DNA of 45,781 nucleotides from Pirellulales bacterium (GTDB lineage Bacteria; Planctomycetota; Planctomycetia; Pirellulales; UBA1268): NCBI GenBank assembly GCA_044337015.1, contig JBIIOJ010000002.1, positions 1 to 45,781 of the forward strand, read 5' to 3'. Shown piece by piece: positions 45,624 to 45,781 of this stretch (position 1 is its first letter; each line of letters starts with the position of its first letter). The notes under the pieces were generated by a model. It saw only the letters and a program-made list of their open reading frames with translations, ran no database searches and was not told where the DNA came from. The position numbers and the translations under genes were made by a program.

Positions 45624-45781
45624 GTTCAGCATCAAAGTGCCTGTGTGCCCCATCCAGCACCACGTTTGACCGGTTCGGGGCTGCCCGTGTGCCCGAGACG
45701 GCGTATGCAGACAAGCGAAGCAAGGATTGCGGAGCGAAGTCTGCATCCGAGCGAGCGAAGGACAGGATGTCCGTAGCGAGC

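Overview
The window is a very GC-rich bacterial chromosomal segment (roughly two thirds G+C by eye, not computed). Its gene content points to Planctomycetota: a DUF1501 plus PSCyt/DUF1549/DUF1553 pair, a Tat-signal Gfo/Idh/MocA oxidoreductase, a PEP-CTERM protein, LExRxLLA-type N-termini and an ECF sigma module. I support about 36 CDS, one tRNA-Val(GAC), two transposase relics and several repeat families.

Most of the window is core metabolism: a Nif3-like protein, GT2, sulfite reductase, glnA, thrS, galM with a ROK regulator, a 5'-nucleotidase and a thermonuclease.

The parts worth a second look are:
1. An accessory patch of about 4 kb directly downstream of tRNA-Val. It holds a protein that fuses an Hcp (T6SS tube) fold to a cadherin repeat behind a planctomycete secretion-type N-terminus, an A/T-richer PEP-CTERM gene preceded by five 21-bp-phased direct repeats, and IS91-like and IS256-like relics that share a 94-bp segment.
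2. An 83-bp palindromic MITE-like element present twice. One copy is read through in frame inside a putative anti-sigma gene.
3. Tandem arrays (29 bp x7 and 33 bp x3) that fill convergent intergenic gaps and contain the stop codon of the minus-strand gene. Five further short tandem duplications occur elsewhere.
4. A FabF-type ketosynthase whose catalytic Cys is replaced by Glu.
5. A class II cytochrome c translationally coupled to a secreted FGSGTIT-repeat protein.
6. An acyl-reductase plus HHxxxDG acyltransferase pair.

All family calls come from motif recognition by eye and from memory. No searches or computations were run. Start codons in this GC-rich DNA are often uncertain, and I cannot single out one undescribed system with confidence.
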